DNA of 64,000 nucleotides, taken from positions 1,490 to 65,489 of the forward strand of contig CAJOFY010000022.1 in the NCBI GenBank assembly GCA_905233945.1. Reading direction: 5' to 3'. Under the pieces are notes generated by a model that saw only the letters and a list, made by a program, of their open reading frames with translations, did no database searches and was not told where the DNA came from. The translations under genes and the position numbers were made by a program. The DNA comes from an uncultured bacterium (GTDB lineage Bacteria; UBP6; UBA1177). Below, piece by piece: positions 39,236-47,098 of this stretch. The first letter of the stretch is position 1. Each line of letters opens with the position of its first letter.

Positions 39236-41692
39236 TTAGTCCAGAATCCCGGTTTCTTTCAGCAGATTTTCCGTGTCGTATTCCGCAAGTTCTTTGCGGT
39301 AGCCGTTTTTGATTATGTGGTATTCGCCGGTGAAGGCGTCGAATTTCTTCATTACGCTTCCGAGTTCTGTGTAATGGCGGATCGTCATTTCAAGAGTTTT
39401 GTCATTAAAATCAACGACTTCCAGGATCTCTGTTGCTGAATCGTAGTCTGATTTTTCGAAAAATTTCACGCGGTATGTGCTTGAAGGAAGGGTGCGGAGG
39501 ATCTTTTCCGCTTTTTTGATCTTTTCGCGGTCGCAGAAGGCAAAAGTGAGGAATTTTATTCCGGAATTTTCAAGAATCGAGTTGAGCTTCTCCAGAGTTT
39601 CAGCTTCGTTGACTTCCTCGGTGAGCCATACCGTGCCGAATTCCTCGTCGACTTCGACTCCGACCGGTGCGGGAAACGCCAGATTGAAGCGCGGCATGGG
39701 GTGAAAACCGTCGGAATAGAGGATCTTGAGGTCGCTCAGAGTGAGAGCTTTGAAGAGAAATGAAACAAGGTCAAGGTGTCCTACACTTATCGAATTTCCG
39801 TGTTTCGAAAGCGAGAAAATGTATGGAAAAGAGTTGTTTTTATTGCTTTTTTCGGGAATTTCAAAAGTCTCGTTCTCGTCAAGCGCCTTTCCGGTGAACT
39901 TCAGCGGCCTGATCTCCTTGAAGTCGCACGCGCCACACTTGTTGCAGATACCCGTTTTCGCGCAGTCGGGCGTTTCCTGAAAATTGAACGCTTTTTCGCG
40001 CTCTTTCAGAAGAAATCTGCGATCGATCCTGAGATCTATATGCTCGTAGGGAAGAGGCTTATCCAGCGGTTTTTCAAGGTAAGTGCTTTCCGGGTCTATC
40101 CCTGCATAAGCCAAACCTTCGTCCCAGAGAGCAGGATCAAAACTTTCGTCTTCCGTCTGGAGGCCTTTCATATTTTTCGCAACAAATTCAATGACTTTGC
40201 CGTATTCACGTCCTGCACGGCTGAGGTATCCTTCGACTGTGCTGATCTCCTGATCGTGCCATGCGAGTTTCAGATTTCTTATGCCGCGGAGGTTTTCGAT
40301 TATGATTTTCTGCTTTGCCTTGATTTCGGCAGGGCTCGACATCTTTTCCCACTGGAAAGGGGTGAAAGGCTGCGGCACAAAAGTCGAGAAACTTGCACTA
40401 AGCATAGCCTTTTTACCGAATCTTTTCACGTAGTTGCACATCTTTTTGACGAGTTCTACCGTCTCAAAAAGATCCTCCTCCTCTTCATGCGGAAGGCCGA
40501 GCATAAAGTAGAGTTTGACCGCCTGCCAGCCGTTTGAAAATATCGTGTTGAGAGCGTTCAGCAGGTCTTCGACGCTGTTGCCCTTGTTTATCATTTTGCG
40601 AAGCCTGTCGCTTCCAGATTCGACCGCGAGAGTGAAACCGACTTTGCGCCCTTTTCTTATCGCGTGGGTGATTTTCGGTGTGATCGTCTCAGTCCTGAGG
40701 CTCGGAAGCGAAACCGAGATCCGGCGGCTGTAACGGCTGTATGAGCGGACCAAAATATCCTCGATCTCGCTGTGGTCGGCAGCCGAAAGCGAGAGAAAAC
40801 CCGCCTCGTCGTAGCCCGAAGTTCTGACTACTCTGTCAAGAATTTCGCAAATATTTTCAGCACTTTTCTCTCTGTGCGGGCGGTAGAACATACCCGCCAT
40901 GCAAAATCTGCACCCTCTCGTGCAGCCGCGCATTATTTCAATCGTGAAGCGGTCGTGGATCGTCCTCATCGCAAATATCGGAGCGTCAAAAAGCGAGTCG
41001 GGATCGTAGTTGAGATCCTTTAGGACCGCTCTTCTCGCTTCAAAACCCGAAAGCGAGCCGTCGGGATTGATTTTGACAGAGTTTTCATCGTGCTTCGACG
41101 GAATATAGATTGCCGGAATTTTGGAAAAAGCCTCGATCCTCTTCTGTTTTTCTTTAATATTTTCAAGAATATCCATAAATTCTTCGGCGTAAGGCTCAAA
41201 CTCGCCGATCGAAACCATATCAATGAAATCAGCCATCGGCTCAGGATTGCACATGACAGGCCCGCCAGACCAGATTATCGGATAATCACTTGAATTTATT
41301 CTATCTTTTGAATGGATCGGAATGCCTGCGATATCCATGATCTTAAGAAAATCAGGATATTGCAGCTGATACTGGAAAGAAACTGCAATGATATCGAAAT
41401 CACGGTAATTCACCCCGTGCATCATCGAAGTGAGCCCGCCGCTCGCCTTTGCCTCCTCAAACACATCCTTCTGCGGCGAAAAACCGAAATCTACCAGAAA
41501 TCCTCGGCGGTTAAAGAGCGAATAGAGTATCTTCACCCCCGTGTGGCTTTGCGCCATCTCGAAAAGATCAGGAAAAAGTATCAGTATTTTCGGCTTATTA
41601 GGATCAGTTTTCACCTTTACAGGCTCGATAAACGGAGCAAAATAACGCCCGGGCTTTTCGATCCTGCGCAGAAAAGAAGTTATGAGTTTCAA
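39236..41692 (-). CDS. TIGR03960-family B12-binding radical SAM protein fused to DUF2344
   Basis: IEKPGRY, IEIMRGCTRGCRFC, SVSLPSLR, KLYFMLGLP, FVPQPFTPFQW; C-terminal GHLDL...YSDGFHPMPR. Confidence 0.88.
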   Translation of the reverse strand: MKLITSFLRRIEKPGRYFAPFIEPVKVKTDPNKPKILILFPDLFEMAQSHTGVKILYSLFNRRGFLVDFGFSPQKDVFEEAKASGGLTSMMHGVNYRDFDIIAVSFQYQLQYPDFLKIMDIAGIPIHSKDRINSSDYPIIWSGGPVMCNPEPMADFIDMVSIGEFEPYAEEFMDILENIKEKQKRIEAFSKIPAIYIPSKHDENSVKINPDGSLSGFEARRAVLKDLNYDPDSLFDAPIFAMRTIHDRFTIEIMRGCTRGCRFCMAGMFYRPHREKSAENICEILDRVVRTSGYDEAGFLSLSAADHSEIEDILVRSYSRYSRRISVSLPSLRTETITPKITHAIRKGRKVGFTLAVESGSDRLRKMINKGNSVEDLLNALNTIFSNGWQAVKLYFMLGLPHEEEEDLFETVELVKKMCNYVKRFGKKAMLSASFSTFVPQPFTPFQWEKMSSPAEIKAKQKIIIENLRGIRNLKLAWHDQEISTVEGYLSRAGREYGKVIEFVAKNMKGLQTEDESFDPALWDEGLAYAGIDPESTYLEKPLDKPLPYEHIDLRIDRRFLLKEREKAFNFQETPDCAKTGICNKCGACDFKEIRPLKFTGKALDENETFEIPEKSNKNNSFPYIFSLSKHGNSISVGHLDLVSFLFKALTLSDLKILYSDGFHPMPRFNLAFPAPVGVEVDEEFGTVWLTEEVNEAETLEKLNSILENSGIKFLTFAFCDREKIKKAEKILRTLPSSTYRVKFFEKSDYDSATEILEVVDFNDKTLEMTIRHYTELGSVMKKFDAFTGEYHIIKNGYRKELAEYDTENLLKETGILD

Positions 41693-41850
41693 AATATTCT
41701 CCTAAAACATGAATGTTTTCAGCAATTTACTCAATTTATTCAATTAAAAGAACTCTTGTCAAAAAACGGCAACACTTTAAGGGAAATTGCAGAAAATGCA
41801 AGAGTTTGCGGGCGAGCAGGCCACATTCAGCTCAACGAATACGAACACTC

Positions 41851-41946
41851 ATTTTGCGGTCAAAAATTTTGACCGTAGAAAAGCGCGTTATTCAGCAGTT
41901 AAAACGGCAAATTTTGTAATTTTGTAAAAAGTTTACGGTTTAACTT
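41851..41946. repeat. Island repeat X, copy A
   Basis: ...gaccgtagaa...aaaacggcaaattttgtaattttgtaaaaagtttacggtttaac; homologous to 43094-43163 and 45671-45753. Confidence 0.75.
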
Positions 41947-41969
41947 GAGAACAACGGATAATTTTTGGT

Positions 41970-42114
41970 TTACCACGGAACCGAGATAAGTCCGGAAAAA
42001 CCCATGAATGCAAGTGAGAGAAGACATGCTGTGACGAGCGCAGTCGCCTTGCCTCAAAACCATTCCCCGGAAATCCCGTTGCAGGCTTTTTTCAAGAGTT
42101 CAATGCCGGATTTT
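41970..42114 (-). repeat. ~145-bp direct repeat, copy 1: diverged rnfA 3'-end (41970-42047) plus 64-bp element Y
   Basis: Minus strand encodes ATALVTACLLSLAFMGFSGLISVPW*; Y part nearly identical to 43037-43100. Confidence 0.9.
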
Positions 42115-42719
42115 TACTGTTTTTTCCCGATCTCGCGGACTTTCCCAATGATTTCATTGATTTTGTCAAGCGTCATATCCGCGATACTGTTTTCTTCCGC
42201 GGTTTTCCTCATGTTTTCAACTGCGGAAACTACATTGTCATATTGAATGTATATTTTTTCCAGCAATTTTATATCACAGCATCTTTGTTTTATTCTGATT
42301 TCGTAATCTGCGAGTTCGCTGTCATCAGAAAACAGCAATTCCCTAAGTAAATTAGCAGTTTTTTGTATTTGAATCGTGTCGCTGCGGATAGCTTTGTATT
42401 GATTCTGCAAAAGACGACGGTATTTGTCATCGCCGATTTTCTCTATTTCAATAAGGATTAAAGCCGAATCTGTTACCGGAATCATATTGCTAAAATTGAT
42501 CGCTCCATACAAACCGGCAGATATTTTCCTGAAATCAATAGTATTTTTCATAGTTTTGTGCTTTGGCTTGGGTGAAGAGAACGGCGCATAATATTTAACA
42601 GAACCTATTTCAAGAACGATTCCGACATAAGGTCTTGTTTCGTGCTTGTTGTCGGCGACTTTAGCGTCATATTTCCTAAGAAAGTCTATGTAATCGTCTT
42701 TCACATGATAGAATCTCAT
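42114..42719 (-). CDS. Type III toxin-antitoxin ToxN/AbiQ family toxin (endoribonuclease) with C-terminal extension
   Basis: FYHVKDDYIDFLR, RPYVGIVL, YYAPFSSPKPKH, GAINFSNMIPV, CCDIKLLE; upstream repeat array and terminator. Confidence 0.92.
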   Translation of the reverse strand: MRFYHVKDDYIDFLRKYDAKVADNKHETRPYVGIVLEIGSVKYYAPFSSPKPKHKTMKNTIDFRKISAGLYGAINFSNMIPVTDSALILIEIEKIGDDKYRRLLQNQYKAIRSDTIQIQKTANLLRELLFSDDSELADYEIRIKQRCCDIKLLEKIYIQYDNVVSAVENMRKTAEENSIADMTLDKINEIIGKVREIGKKQ

Positions 42720-42729
42720 TTTTCCCCCT

Positions 42730-42757
42730 AAAAAAACAAAGGGCGGATAAACCGCCC
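42730..42757 (-). terminator. Intrinsic terminator between ToxI repeats and toxN
   Basis: GGGCGG-tttat-CCGCCC followed by TTTGTTTTTTT on minus strand. Confidence 0.85.
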
Positions 42758-42867
42758 TTTTTTAAGTCCTCTGTTGTGGTCGAGGCTCACCGCTTTTTTA
42801 AGATTTCACTTAATGGTAGAAACTCACCGCTTTTTTCGGTTTCCAATTAAGGTCGGAACTTACCTGC
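42758..42867 (-). ncRNA. ToxI-like antitoxin RNA: three 36-37 nt pseudoknot repeats
   Basis: GC(A)GGT.AG....ACC.......AAAAAA x3 with conserved GGT/ACC stem and covarying second stem. Confidence 0.85.
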
Positions 42868-42874
42868 GTCAAAA

Positions 42875-42902
42875 ACTTTAGTCACTTTTTATTTAAAGTC
42901 AA
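42875..42902 (-). promoter_or_regulatory. Putative toxIN promoter
   Basis: TTGACT-16 nt-TAAAGT immediately upstream of the repeats. Confidence 0.5.
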
Positions 42903-42955
42903 TAGATTTTTACAATAAATTAGAAATTTCTAAAGAATCTGTGAAGATTTTTAGT

Positions 42956-43100
42956 CTACCACGGAACCGTGATAAGTCCGGTGAAACCCATGAACGCAAG
43001 TGAAAGAAGGCCGGCGGTGACAAGCGCGATCGGCTAGCCTCAAAACCATTCCCCGGAAATCCCGATGCAGGCTTTTTTCAAGAGTTCAATGCCGGATTTT
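42956..43100 (-). repeat. ~145-bp direct repeat, copy 2: diverged rnfA 3'-end (42956-43033) plus element Y
   Basis: Minus strand encodes [25 protein letters not shown] versus rnf[26 protein letters not shown]. Confidence 0.92.
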
Positions 43101-43163
43101 CGACAGATCATGCCGCTTAAAGCGGTAAATTTTGTGATTTTGTAAAAAGTCTACGGTTTAACC
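43094..43163. repeat. Island repeat X, copy B
   Basis: ggattttcgac...tgccgcttaaagcggtaaattttgtgattttgtaaaaagtctacggtttaac. Confidence 0.75.
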
Positions 43164-43192
43164 TAAAATTTTTGGATATTACAAAAACTAGG

Positions 43193-43621
43193 TTAAATGA
43201 AGACCTTCTCTATTTCTTCGAAGTTTTCATGTTTATATTTTTCAAACTCTTTCCTAAGACGGCTCTCTTTGGAAATATACAAATATTGGTTATTACTCTG
43301 TTTCCTCTTTCTGTAAACTGTTTGTTTCTGAGCTTTCAGCTGCCGTTCGACATCCCGCTTTGTTAAAAACAAATAAGCGGGTTCACTATCTTTTGTTTCA
43401 AGCACCTCTATCACAAAAAAATCGTTCTTGTCTTTAATCACTATAGAATTGTTTATGCTACGATTATCCATAGTTACAATATTTACTTGGATCCTTTTCA
43501 GTTTGTTTTCAGGCATAATCACAAGAATTTCGCGTTCTTTTCTGGTGGTACACGCAGAATAAAAAACTTCTCCACAACTGCTTAAGCCCTTAAGTATCAA
43601 TTTATAATTATTTTTTGACAT
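43193..43621 (-). CDS. Hypothetical protein, last gene of the putative RiPP operon
   Basis: GGAGA RBS before ATG 43621; AT-rich like the neighbouring radical SAM gene. Confidence 0.6.
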   Translation of the reverse strand: MSKNNYKLILKGLSSCGEVFYSACTTRKEREILVIMPENKLKRIQVNIVTMDNRSINNSIVIKDKNDFFVIEVLETKDSEPAYLFLTKRDVERQLKAQKQTVYRKRKQSNNQYLYISKESRLRKEFEKYKHENFEEIEKVFI

Positions 43622-43651
43622 ATTTTTCTCCACTACAATTGATAAGAATTT

Positions 43652-44923
43652 TCAAACTGAGAGATTGGCTCTCTCTTCCAACTCACGAAGAGCCATTTCT
43701 TTTGTAAAATTACACAATTCAGCAAAATCTTTATCCGAGTAGGCAAGCTTATTACTGCAGCATTGGCTGTTGCAGTGATACTTCATAAAACAAGTTTCGC
43801 ATTCCTTAACCCTTTTTCTCTCATATAAATCACTAATACTTTTCATTTTATTTTCATCTACTAGCACAGCGTCGTTGCTTACGACACCATATTTCAACTG
43901 TTCAAATGCCAGAGCTCTGTTGTTGGAATTCCTGTGGCATGCGACAATGTCTCCTGACGGAGTAACACAAAATTCTCCACCACAAAAACGATTCCTGATA
44001 GATTGCAATGAATTTATTACGGAATTTCTCAAATAAATATTTTTGGTTTTTGCAACAGCCTTGGCTTTAAAAAAATAATTCATAAAATCATGATAATAAT
44101 TTTCCCATGTCAATCCTGGCATAGACACAAGTTCTAAATGAATTTTTCTGATTTTCGGATAATTTTCCGATACATACTCAACCATTTCCGGCATTTTTTC
44201 TACAGCTGTCTGCGTAATTGTAGTTCTAAAACCGAAATCAACTCCATTTTCAGCTAATAAGTCTATTGAATTTTTCACATCAACAAAACTTCCTTTTCCG
44301 GAAGGATAAGGGCGTTGTATGTTTTGAATTTCAGGGAGAATGTCGAAAGAACATCCAATATGAACCTGATTTTTCACAAGCCACTGTATTCGTTCAGCAT
44401 TCAGCAAAGTCGTGTTGGTCGTCAAACTTATACTTACTTTTTGATCTTTCTGCAGTTTTCTTATGTATTCAACAGCCCAAACAAACAACTCCCATTTTAC
44501 ACAAGGTTCTCCGCCGCCGATAAAAGAAAAATGCTTGCCTTTTGTTCTGCTGCTAAAAATAAAATCTATCGTGTTTTTCAGTTTATCTTTTGTCAGAGTC
44601 TCTGCAGAATGTTGTTCATGCGCATAACAATAAGTGCAAGCAAGATTACAAGCCTCCGTCAATATAAATACCGTATGTCTTTTCTTCATGCCGAATCCGT
44701 AATATTTATGGACTGTTGCATCTTGAGTTGACATAAGATCTGAAATTCTCTCATCCAAATCTGTATCGCAGCATCCACCATTTTTGAAAGATTTTTCTAT
44801 TTCGACAGCCTCGACATCTTTTGTGTAAAAAAGCCGCCTTTTCAACGGAGCATAAACTATATGCGTATTTTTTAAATGAGACTCCAACAAAAAAATTTCA
44901 TCCCCAAGACTCAGATATTTCAT
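43652..44923 (-). CDS. Radical SAM/SPASM domain peptide maturase
   Basis: ACNLACTYC (CxxxCxxC), FIGGGEP, LTTNTTLL; SPASM-like FCGGEFC...VACH...CETCFMKYHCNSQCC. Confidence 0.88.
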   Translation of the reverse strand: MKYLSLGDEIFLLESHLKNTHIVYAPLKRRLFYTKDVEAVEIEKSFKNGGCCDTDLDERISDLMSTQDATVHKYYGFGMKKRHTVFILTEACNLACTYCYAHEQHSAETLTKDKLKNTIDFIFSSRTKGKHFSFIGGGEPCVKWELFVWAVEYIRKLQKDQKVSISLTTNTTLLNAERIQWLVKNQVHIGCSFDILPEIQNIQRPYPSGKGSFVDVKNSIDLLAENGVDFGFRTTITQTAVEKMPEMVEYVSENYPKIRKIHLELVSMPGLTWENYYHDFMNYFFKAKAVAKTKNIYLRNSVINSLQSIRNRFCGGEFCVTPSGDIVACHRNSNNRALAFEQLKYGVVSNDAVLVDENKMKSISDLYERKRVKECETCFMKYHCNSQCCSNKLAYSDKDFAELCNFTKEMALRELEERANLSV

Positions 44924-44949
44924 CTGAAATTTTTCCTCACCCTAAATCA

Positions 44950-45129
44950 TTAATCAAAGCAATCATTATCATTGCAGTGATAATCCATACCGCAACCATT
45001 ATCATCACAGTCAAACGAACAAACATCGCATTTGTCATCACACATACAATCACACCAATCAACATTGCAAAAGTTGGAATTTTTGCTTGCACTCGCTTCT
45101 TCCAAACTGATCAAATCTGAAATAATCAT
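44950..45129 (-). CDS. 59-aa Cys/Asp-rich putative RiPP precursor peptide
   Basis: GGAGAG RBS; MIISDLISLEEASASKNSNF leader followed by a core with 10 Cys and 12 Asp; directly upstream of the rSAM gene. Confidence 0.75.
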   Translation of the reverse strand: MIISDLISLEEASASKNSNFCNVDWCDCMCDDKCDVCSFDCDDNGCGMDYHCNDNDCFD

Positions 45130-45253
45130 TTTTCTCTCCACGAAAAAATTAATAAAAAATACTATCTGAAACGGGACTCCCGAAACAGTCTTTTTTGAAA
45201 AATCATAATAACTTACCCCCCTCCCGACTACGGAAACGCAGGATTCCGGCAAT

Positions 45254-45304
45254 ATTTTAACGTTTTATTTACTATTAGTCAACACAATATTTACCAATAG
45301 TCAA
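45254..45304 (-). promoter_or_regulatory. Sigma70 promoter of the peptide operon overlapped by two operator-like repeats
   Basis: TTGACT-17 nt-TAAAAT (45282-45254); TTACTATTAGTCAA (45269) and TTACCAATAGTCAA (45291), 22 bp apart. Confidence 0.65.
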
Positions 45305-45352
45305 AAAATATTTTCTGTATGTGCTATATTGAAAAAAGGAGGTGGTTTGAGT

Positions 45353-45664
45353 ATGGATGGCAAAACACTTGGCAAGCGGGTGAAAGCATTAAGGCGTAAA
45401 GCCGGAATAACGCAGCTTGATCTCGCGTGCCGGGTAAATATCAGCGAAAGCTACATCGCGTTGATAGAAGCCGACAAACGAAAACCTGGAATGGATATAA
45501 TCTCTACTTTGGCAAACGAATTTCATGTCTCTGTTGACTATCTTTTAAGCGGCAAAATATCAGAAGAAGACAACCTCATGCTCAAAGAATGGACATCTCT
45601 TATAAAGGAAAGACCTCTTAAAATCGTCCGCACTTTTTTTGAATGTGTGGACAGCAAAAAATAA
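45353..45664 (+). CDS. XRE family HTH transcriptional regulator
   Basis: LGKRVKALRRKAGITQLDLA...ISESYIALIE...VSVDYLL; GGAGG RBS. Confidence 0.88.
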   Translation: MDGKTLGKRVKALRRKAGITQLDLACRVNISESYIALIEADKRKPGMDIISTLANEFHVSVDYLLSGKISEEDNLMLKEWTSLIKERPLKIVRTFFECVDSKK

Positions 45665-45670
45665 TTTTCA

Positions 45671-45753
45671 TTTTTGCGATCGGATTTTCGACCGCAGAAA
45701 CTCGCGTTTTTTGCCGTTTAAAGCGGTAGATTTTGTGATTTTGTAAAAAGTCT
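45671..45753. repeat. Island repeat X, copy C
   Basis: ggattttcgaccgcagaaa...tgccgtttaaagcggtagattttgtgattttgtaaaaagtct. Confidence 0.75.
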
Positions 45754-45760
45754 GGAGATA

Positions 45761-46174
45761 TCAAAGTTTTTTCAGTGCTTCATCAACGCTGATTGCCGGA
45801 ATTTTAGAGTTTTTGAAATCTTTGAGATTTTCGGTAACGATGTAATCAAGATCGGCGTTCTCGGCACATTTCATCTGTAATCCGTCTTCGAGATCGAAAA
45901 AATCAGGATCGTTAAGAACTTCAAAAAAATCTTCCTGATATTCAGCAATTACTTGAAAGTTTGAAACTATCAAAAGTAAAAACTCTCTTCTGTCTGCAAC
46001 CGAAAAAAACTTTCTCGTGATATAAAAAATATCTGTCAGCGAGTGTGCGGAAACAAAACCGTTAAGTTTTTTGGCAAGACACTTTTTTACAAGCAGCGAA
46101 GCTTTCTCGTGAAACGGATTATTCGGCGTGAGATAATAAAGAATAATATTCGTATCAACAAAGATATTCTTCAT
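45761..46174 (-). CDS. PIN domain toxin (VapC-like)
   Basis: IFVDTNIIL, SLTDIFY, DLEDGLQ, IVTENLKDF. Confidence 0.9.
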   Translation of the reverse strand: MKNIFVDTNIILYYLTPNNPFHEKASLLVKKCLAKKLNGFVSAHSLTDIFYITRKFFSVADRREFLLLIVSNFQVIAEYQEDFFEVLNDPDFFDLEDGLQMKCAENADLDYIVTENLKDFKNSKIPAISVDEALKKL

Positions 46175-46413
46175 ACCCCATACCTCTCGTCAAGGTATTC
46201 AAGATATTCCTGCCGTGCATCGATCTGTTTGTCACTTTTGATGCAACCATTGAATTTTTCGAACAATCTCATTGTTTCTTCCTTAGACATTCCGCCTTTT
46301 TCTTCATGCTTTTTTTCATTCATGTTTCCGAGCGAAACGACTAAATTGTAGATTATCGTCTGCTGCTCAGTTGTAAGTGCGCTCAACGCTTTTTCGAAAA
46401 CTTCGAAGCTCAT
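46171..46413 (-). CDS. Putative antitoxin of the PIN toxin
   Basis: Small ORF with ATGA overlap to the PIN gene; C-terminal F.GC...EYLEYLDERY; GGAGG RBS. Confidence 0.75.
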   Translation of the reverse strand: MSFEVFEKALSALTTEQQTIIYNLVVSLGNMNEKKHEEKGGMSKEETMRLFEKFNGCIKSDKQIDARQEYLEYLDERYGV

Positions 46414-46441
46414 TTTAACCTCCATTCCGCAAAAACTCTTC

Positions 46442-46471
46442 TATTATACTCAATTTTTTTAGAAATGCGAG
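46442..46471 (-). promoter_or_regulatory. Putative promoter of the PIN TA operon
   Basis: CTCGCA-17 nt-TATAAT; near-identical to 9031-9060. Confidence 0.55.
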
Positions 46472-46501
46472 AGGAAATTATCAGGAATCAATGATGTGAA
46501 T

Positions 46502-47089
46502 CTACCACGGCACGGCGATGAGTCCTGTGAAACCCATGAACGCAAGTGCGAGAAGACCTGCGGTGACAAGTGCGATCGGTGCGCCTTTCATAGCTTCGGG
46601 GATTTCGTAAAGCTCAAGGCGTTCCCTGATTCCTGCAAAAATTACGAGTGCCAAGAAGAAGCCGAGAGCGGTCGCGATCGTGTAAACTACGCTCTGGAGA
46701 AGTTCGTAGTTTTTCTGCGTTACGAGTATCGCAACACCGAGAACGGCGCAGTTCGTCGTGATGAGCGGAAGGAATACGCCGAGAGCCTGATAAAGCGGCC
46801 GTGACACTTTTTTCAGAATGATTTCAACCATTTGTACAAGTGCAGCGATGACAAGGATGTATGCGACCGTCTGCATAAATTCGATGTGAAGCTTTGTCAG
46901 AACAGCCTTGTAGAGAATGTGCGTAACTGTCGTAGCCAAGGTCATGACGAAAAGGACAGCCGCGCCCATTCCGACCGAAGTCGAAACTTTGTTCGAAACA
47001 CCGAGGAAGGGGCAGATTCCCAAAAACTGCGCGAAAACGATGTTGTTTACGAGGATCGCGCTGATGAAAACAAGAATATATCCGGTCAT
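46502..47089 (-). CDS. rnfA: Rnf electron transport complex subunit A
   Basis: [41 protein letters not shown]. Confidence 0.96.
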   Translation of the reverse strand: MTGYILVFISAILVNNIVFAQFLGICPFLGVSNKVSTSVGMGAAVLFVMTLATTVTHILYKAVLTKLHIEFMQTVAYILVIAALVQMVEIILKKVSRPLYQALGVFLPLITTNCAVLGVAILVTQKNYELLQSVVYTIATALGFFLALVIFAGIRERLELYEIPEAMKGAPIALVTAGLLALAFMGFTGLIAVPW

Positions 47090-47098
47090 TTTCCCCTC

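Noticed and set aside
43155-43198. dif/XerD-like arm GTTTAACCTAA
   Set aside because: No XerC arm at the right spacing and not conserved in the other X copies; it is one arm of a hairpin at the end of the 43193 ORF.
41851-46500. Classical integron or prophage
   Set aside because: No tyrosine/serine recombinase, no GTTRRRY/RYYYAAC attC pattern and no phage genes.
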